This document shows, one piece after another, positions 37,393-40,984 of a DNA stretch of 40,984 nt. The notes under the pieces were generated by a model. The model searched no databases. It was not told where the DNA came from and saw nothing but the letters and a program-made list of their open reading frames with translations. The translations under genes and the position numbers were made by a program. Source of the stretch: Calditrichota bacterium (GTDB taxonomy: Bacteria > Calditrichota > Calditrichia > Calditrichales > Calditrichaceae); NCBI GenBank assembly GCA_024278715.1, contig JAJRSN010000090.1, forward strand, positions 1 to 40,984. The letters are read 5' to 3'. The first letter of the stretch is position 1. Each line of letters starts with the position of its first letter.

Positions 37393-38067
37393 TTAATCCT
37401 TAAAAATTAATATCCGTTTTTCCGTCCTGCCGCATATCGGCTCGTAGTATTGAATCAGGGTGTTAAGCGTTTTCTCCAGGTAAGGAACGCTTACTTCGGG
37501 CGGAGTAAAAAAAACGGCAAGAATATTCCGCGTACCGGCGTCAACGGATGTACGTTTGGAATCCGCCGTCGGATTACCGAAAATACCGGTTTGATCTCTT
37601 AAAATGAGCTTGCCCTCGGCGTGGATTTCACTTTTACTGATGCCTTCGTAACTTTCATCGGGTCTTCCGACATCAACCTGAACAGGACCGTTTATTTTAT
37701 CAAGATCATAAAGTCCCATCGGTAAATGAAAGCGCGCCGAGACAAGATTGCTCAAATCCACCGCGTTGTTGATCCGGTACCAACCCTTATTCTGCAGAAT
37801 TCTTCGCGCCAGCGCTTCGGAAGAAGGACGGTAGCGTGTGGGCTCCCATCCTATTCTTCGATACAGGCGGCGCACGTGCCCTATTATTTCGTTGGAGGAC
37901 AGGGGATCTTTAGCAAACGTCTTTTTAATATAATCAACCAATTCTTTGTAAAGCGCGCGGAAACGTTCATCTTCCTTGTCGATTTTAACTCCGTTTCCCT
38001 CAACAATACCCAGTTTAAAATTCGGAATGCGTTTCTTTATGATTTACGATATTGTAATTTCCGCCAT
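37393..38067 (-). pseudogene. B3/4 (PheRS beta subunit editing-like) domain protein with premature TAA at codon 8
   Basis: GGAG SD, then ATG at 38067: MAEITIS*IIKKRIPNFKLGIV..., in frame with track ORF 37393..37941 (PTRYRPSSEALARR, INNAVDLSN, PMGLYDLDKI, GNPTADS). Stop at 38044-38046. Confidence 0.75.
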
Positions 38068-38201
38068 TGGAATCTCCGGAAAATTGTTCGTCCGGTACTA
38101 AATTAAACTTTTGAAGAGTGTTAAGCAACAACTATGATCGCGCCTGCGGAAACCACAAAAAGCTTTAAAAAAGACGGGAAAATAGAATTTGAATTTCAGG
38201 A

Positions 38202-38741
38202 TCAGAAAGAATTATTTAGAGCGTCCGAAAGCAAATGTTCCGCGACAAGTTCATTCATTTTGGATTTGAATTGCTTATAAGACTGGCTACCGATGAACCG
38301 GGCAAGGATATTACCCTGTGAATCCAAAATAAAAGTCTGCGGAATGGTGGAAGAAATGCCGAATTGCTGAATGCTCTTTCGGTCGCCGATCCAGATGGGA
38401 TAGGTCACGCCCGTAACTTTCACCATTTTTTTAATTTTAGAAGTATCGGAAAGGACGGCGATTCCCACAACTTTTACATTATCCGATTTATACTCTTTAT
38501 AAATTTTTTCCAAAGCCGGCATCTCTTTTATGCACGGAGTGCACCAGGTTGCCCAAAAATTTACGATTGTAATTGAGCTGTTAAGACTTTTCAGCGTCTT
38601 TGTTTTACCCTGAAGATCCTGGAATTTAGTTTCCATAATCCGGGTTTTCGGAGTCACTGCGATTATTTGTGAAATCTGCACTAAAAGAATAATAACCGTG
38701 ACTAAAAATAATTTCCTTACTAACAAAATATTTATCTCCAT
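38202..38741 (-). CDS. TlpA/ResA-family thiol-disulfide reductase
   Basis: VNFWATWCTPCIKEMP, IPQTFILD; N-terminal anchor. ATG at 38741 is preferred. Confidence 0.92.
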   Translation of the reverse strand: MEINILLVRKLFLVTVIILLVQISQIIAVTPKTRIMETKFQDLQGKTKTLKSLNSSITIVNFWATWCTPCIKEMPALEKIYKEYKSDNVKVVGIAVLSDTSKIKKMVKVTGVTYPIWIGDRKSIQQFGISSTIPQTFILDSQGNILARFIGSQSYKQFKSKMNELVAEHLLSDALNNSF

Positions 38742-38760
38742 TGATTTATGAACAAGTTTT

Positions 38761-39342
38761 TTAACCGAATATGTGTAAAATTTTCTCAATACCTGTTACA
38801 AAATAGTTAACGTCTCCGCTCATAATTATTAACCCGATTATCGTAAGATAGATCCCCGACACAACGGAAACGAGTTCTTTTGCCCATATCTTTTCCCGTT
38901 TAACTAATTTTACACCTGATAGTAAAAGCAAATACCCTGCCAACAAAAAATTAAATACCAAAACCGGAGCAAAAAGATCCATCTGGGGTCGCGCGATTTT
39001 TAACTGCGCGGCAATTAATACGAAACTCAAAAACATTGAATAACTGCTAATGAGCGGTTGATTTTTTCTTCCGATCCTTTTATCCAGCCAACTGAAAAAA
39101 TCCCCTTTCGAAATCCCAATCCATCTAAATCCGGAAATCAATAAAATCAAGCCGAGAACAATCATCCCGATCTTCGTTCCAAGAAAAAAATAGGAGAGCC
39201 ATCCCAACGCGATTCCGGCAATCGAATTAATCACAAAAAATTTTCCCAACCATTTGATTGCCTGTAACCGGTTTTGCCACTGAATATGCAATAGCAGCAA
39301 GCTTCCCCATAACAGAAAATTTATCAAAAGAATTAACGCCAT
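38761..39342 (-). CDS. Integral membrane protein, CcdA/DsbD-beta-like layout but lacking cysteines
   Basis: About 6 hydrophobic segments; C-terminal VSGIYLTIIGLIIMSG resembles the CcdA end; directly upstream of TlpA. Confidence 0.55.
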   Translation of the reverse strand: MALILLINFLLWGSLLLLHIQWQNRLQAIKWLGKFFVINSIAGIALGWLSYFFLGTKIGMIVLGLILLISGFRWIGISKGDFFSWLDKRIGRKNQPLISSYSMFLSFVLIAAQLKIARPQMDLFAPVLVFNFLLAGYLLLLSGVKLVKREKIWAKELVSVVSGIYLTIIGLIIMSGDVNYFVTGIEKILHIFG

Positions 39343-39523
39343 TTTTCCCGACTTCTTTTATCCTTAACAAAAACCGTAAGTTTAACAAATGAATCAATAT
39401 CAAACAATTGAAAATTTTGTTTGAAATAAAAAATTTTATGAATACTTTTCGTAAAATTAAATTTTAAAATATCTTCTAATTTATTATCTTTCAGGATAAT
39501 CAACGGAATTGTGGGGAAAGGCA

Positions 39524-40498
39524 ATGAAAAAAAGTTTCCGGATTTACGTCACCCGGAAGATTCCTGACGCCGGGCTGGAGCTTTTAAAAGAAAGAGGGTA
39601 TAGTCTCATTGTTCATGACCGTGAAACTCCGCCGACCAAAGAAGAGCTTGCCAGAGAGCTGAAAGATTGCGACGGATTGATTTGTCTGCTCTCTGATTCA
39701 ATTGACCGCGAATTAATCGAGTCTGCCCGCAGGTTAAAAGTTATCGCCAATTATGCCGTTGGCTTCAACAATATCGATGTGGATTTTGCCACAAAGCGCA
39801 AAATATTTGTAACCAACACGCCGGACATTTTAACGCCGGCAACAGCCGACCTGACCTGGGCGTTAATTTTAGCCGTGAGCAAACGAATTGTGGAAGCCGA
39901 TGACTTTGTTCGTTCCGGCAGGTTCAAAGGATGGCAGCCCGAATTGTTTTTAGGACACGACGTTACCGGTAAAACCCTCGGAATTGTGGGAGCAGGAAGA
40001 ATAGGGCAGGCTGTGGCGCGCCGGGCTAAAGGCTTTGAAATGAATATCCTTTACGTTTCCAATTCTCCGAAAGAACAATTTGAGGCGGAGACCGGAGCGA
40101 AACGCGTTGAACTGGAAGAATTGCTTAAAACTTCGGATTTTGTTTCCATCCACTGTCCCCTTACACAAAAAACCTTTCATCTGCTGAATGAAACTCGTTT
40201 ACGTTTAATGAAGCACGGAGCAATTTTAATTAACACCTCCAGGGGTCCCGTTGTTGACGAAACCGCACTGGTAGATGTTCTGAAATCCGGACACTTAGCC
40301 GGCGCCGGTTTGGATGTTTATGAAAACGAACCGCAAATTCACCCGGAACTGCAGACCATGAAAAACGTTGTCTTACTTCCTCATATAGGAAGCGCAACAA
40401 CCGAAACAAGAAATGAAATGGCGCGAATGGCGGCTAAAAATATCATTTCCATTCTGGAAAAAGGAAAAGCTGTTAATCCGGTTAATAGTCCCTGTTAA
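39524..40498 (+). CDS. D-glycerate dehydrogenase / glyoxylate reductase (D-2-hydroxyacid dehydrogenase)
   Basis: NYAVGFNNID, TNTPDILT.ATAD, GAGRIG, INTSRG, GLDVYENEP, LPHIGSA. Confidence 0.93.
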   Translation: MKKSFRIYVTRKIPDAGLELLKERGYSLIVHDRETPPTKEELARELKDCDGLICLLSDSIDRELIESARRLKVIANYAVGFNNIDVDFATKRKIFVTNTPDILTPATADLTWALILAVSKRIVEADDFVRSGRFKGWQPELFLGHDVTGKTLGIVGAGRIGQAVARRAKGFEMNILYVSNSPKEQFEAETGAKRVELEELLKTSDFVSIHCPLTQKTFHLLNETRLRLMKHGAILINTSRGPVVDETALVDVLKSGHLAGAGLDVYENEPQIHPELQTMKNVVLLPHIGSATTETRNEMARMAAKNIISILEKGKAVNPVNSPC

Positions 40499-40571
40499 CA
40501 AGAGGACAGAACTTTTGGTTCTGATAAATAATTTTAATTTTAGTATTTTAATTTAAACACAGGGAGCCGAT

Positions 40572-40984
40572 ATGCGAATTTTTAAACTGGTTGTTGGACC
40601 GTTTGAAATGAATAGTTACATCGTAGCCGAAGACAATGGCGACAAATGCTTTTTAATCGATCCCGGTGACGAACCCGATAAAATTATCGCTGAAATCGAA
40701 AGAAACAAGTTGCTGCCTACCCGAATAATAAACACTCATAATCATATCGATCACACCAGACATTTATCCGTAATTAAAGAGCATTTTAATGTACCTTTTT
40801 ATATTCACGAAGACGACCTTCCTTTGTTGGAAACCTTAAAAGAACAGGCTCTATTTTTCGGATTTGAAGCCTCTCCGGTGCCGGAAGTTAACGGATTTTT
40901 GAAAGACGGAGAAACTTTTCAACTGGGGAATTTGAATTTTAAAATTTTACACACCCCCGGACACAGTCCCGGAAGTATTTGCAT
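40572..40984 (+). CDS. MBL-fold metallo-hydrolase, glyoxalase II/YcbL-like (partial)
   Basis: Not in the track. Manual translation MRIFKLVVGPFEMNSYIV...IDPG...NTHNHIDH...HTPGHSPGSIC; GGGAG SD. Confidence 0.9.
   Translation, partial: MRIFKLVVGPFEMNSYIVAEDNGDKCFLIDPGDEPDKIIAEIERNKLLPTRIINTHNHIDHTRHLSVIKEHFNVPFYIHEDDLPLLETLKEQALFFGFEASPVPEVNGFLKDGETFQLGNLNFKILHTPGHSPGSIC

Overview
Bacterial chromosomal window (standard code 11, moderate GC) made mostly of housekeeping and envelope genes. The gene content suggests a Calditrichota/FCB-like anaerobe; this is inference from T9SS/FlgD-type C-terminal domains, DUF4835 and the long-form IDH. In order it holds: a partial EamA/YigM-like transporter, a TonB-dependent receptor interrupted by one in-frame TGA, a ~750 bp non-coding mosaic of 7/8-mer tandem repeats with a ~230 bp duplicated unit and a GC-rich branched palindrome, a sulfotransferase, HEAT-like, HD, SDR and FKBP proteins, a 1177-aa secreted beta-solenoid protein, gpgP-gpgS, polX, plsX, a degenerate sigma54-activator-like regulator, lysA-alr, DUF4835/PorD-like, tyrS, smpB, an acidic Cys-motif hypothetical, icd, PfpI, RNase Z-like and HD-GYP. 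It continues with a feoB-Cys-rich-DtxR/FeoA operon carrying a perfect operator palindrome, LpoA-like, pgeF, an S8 peptidase, a ZIP transporter, a B3/4 gene with a premature TAA, TlpA plus a Cys-less CcdA-like protein, glyoxylate reductase and a partial MBL hydrolase. No tRNA, rRNA, CRISPR array or transposase was seen. The least explained element is the repeat mosaic at 2168-2925.
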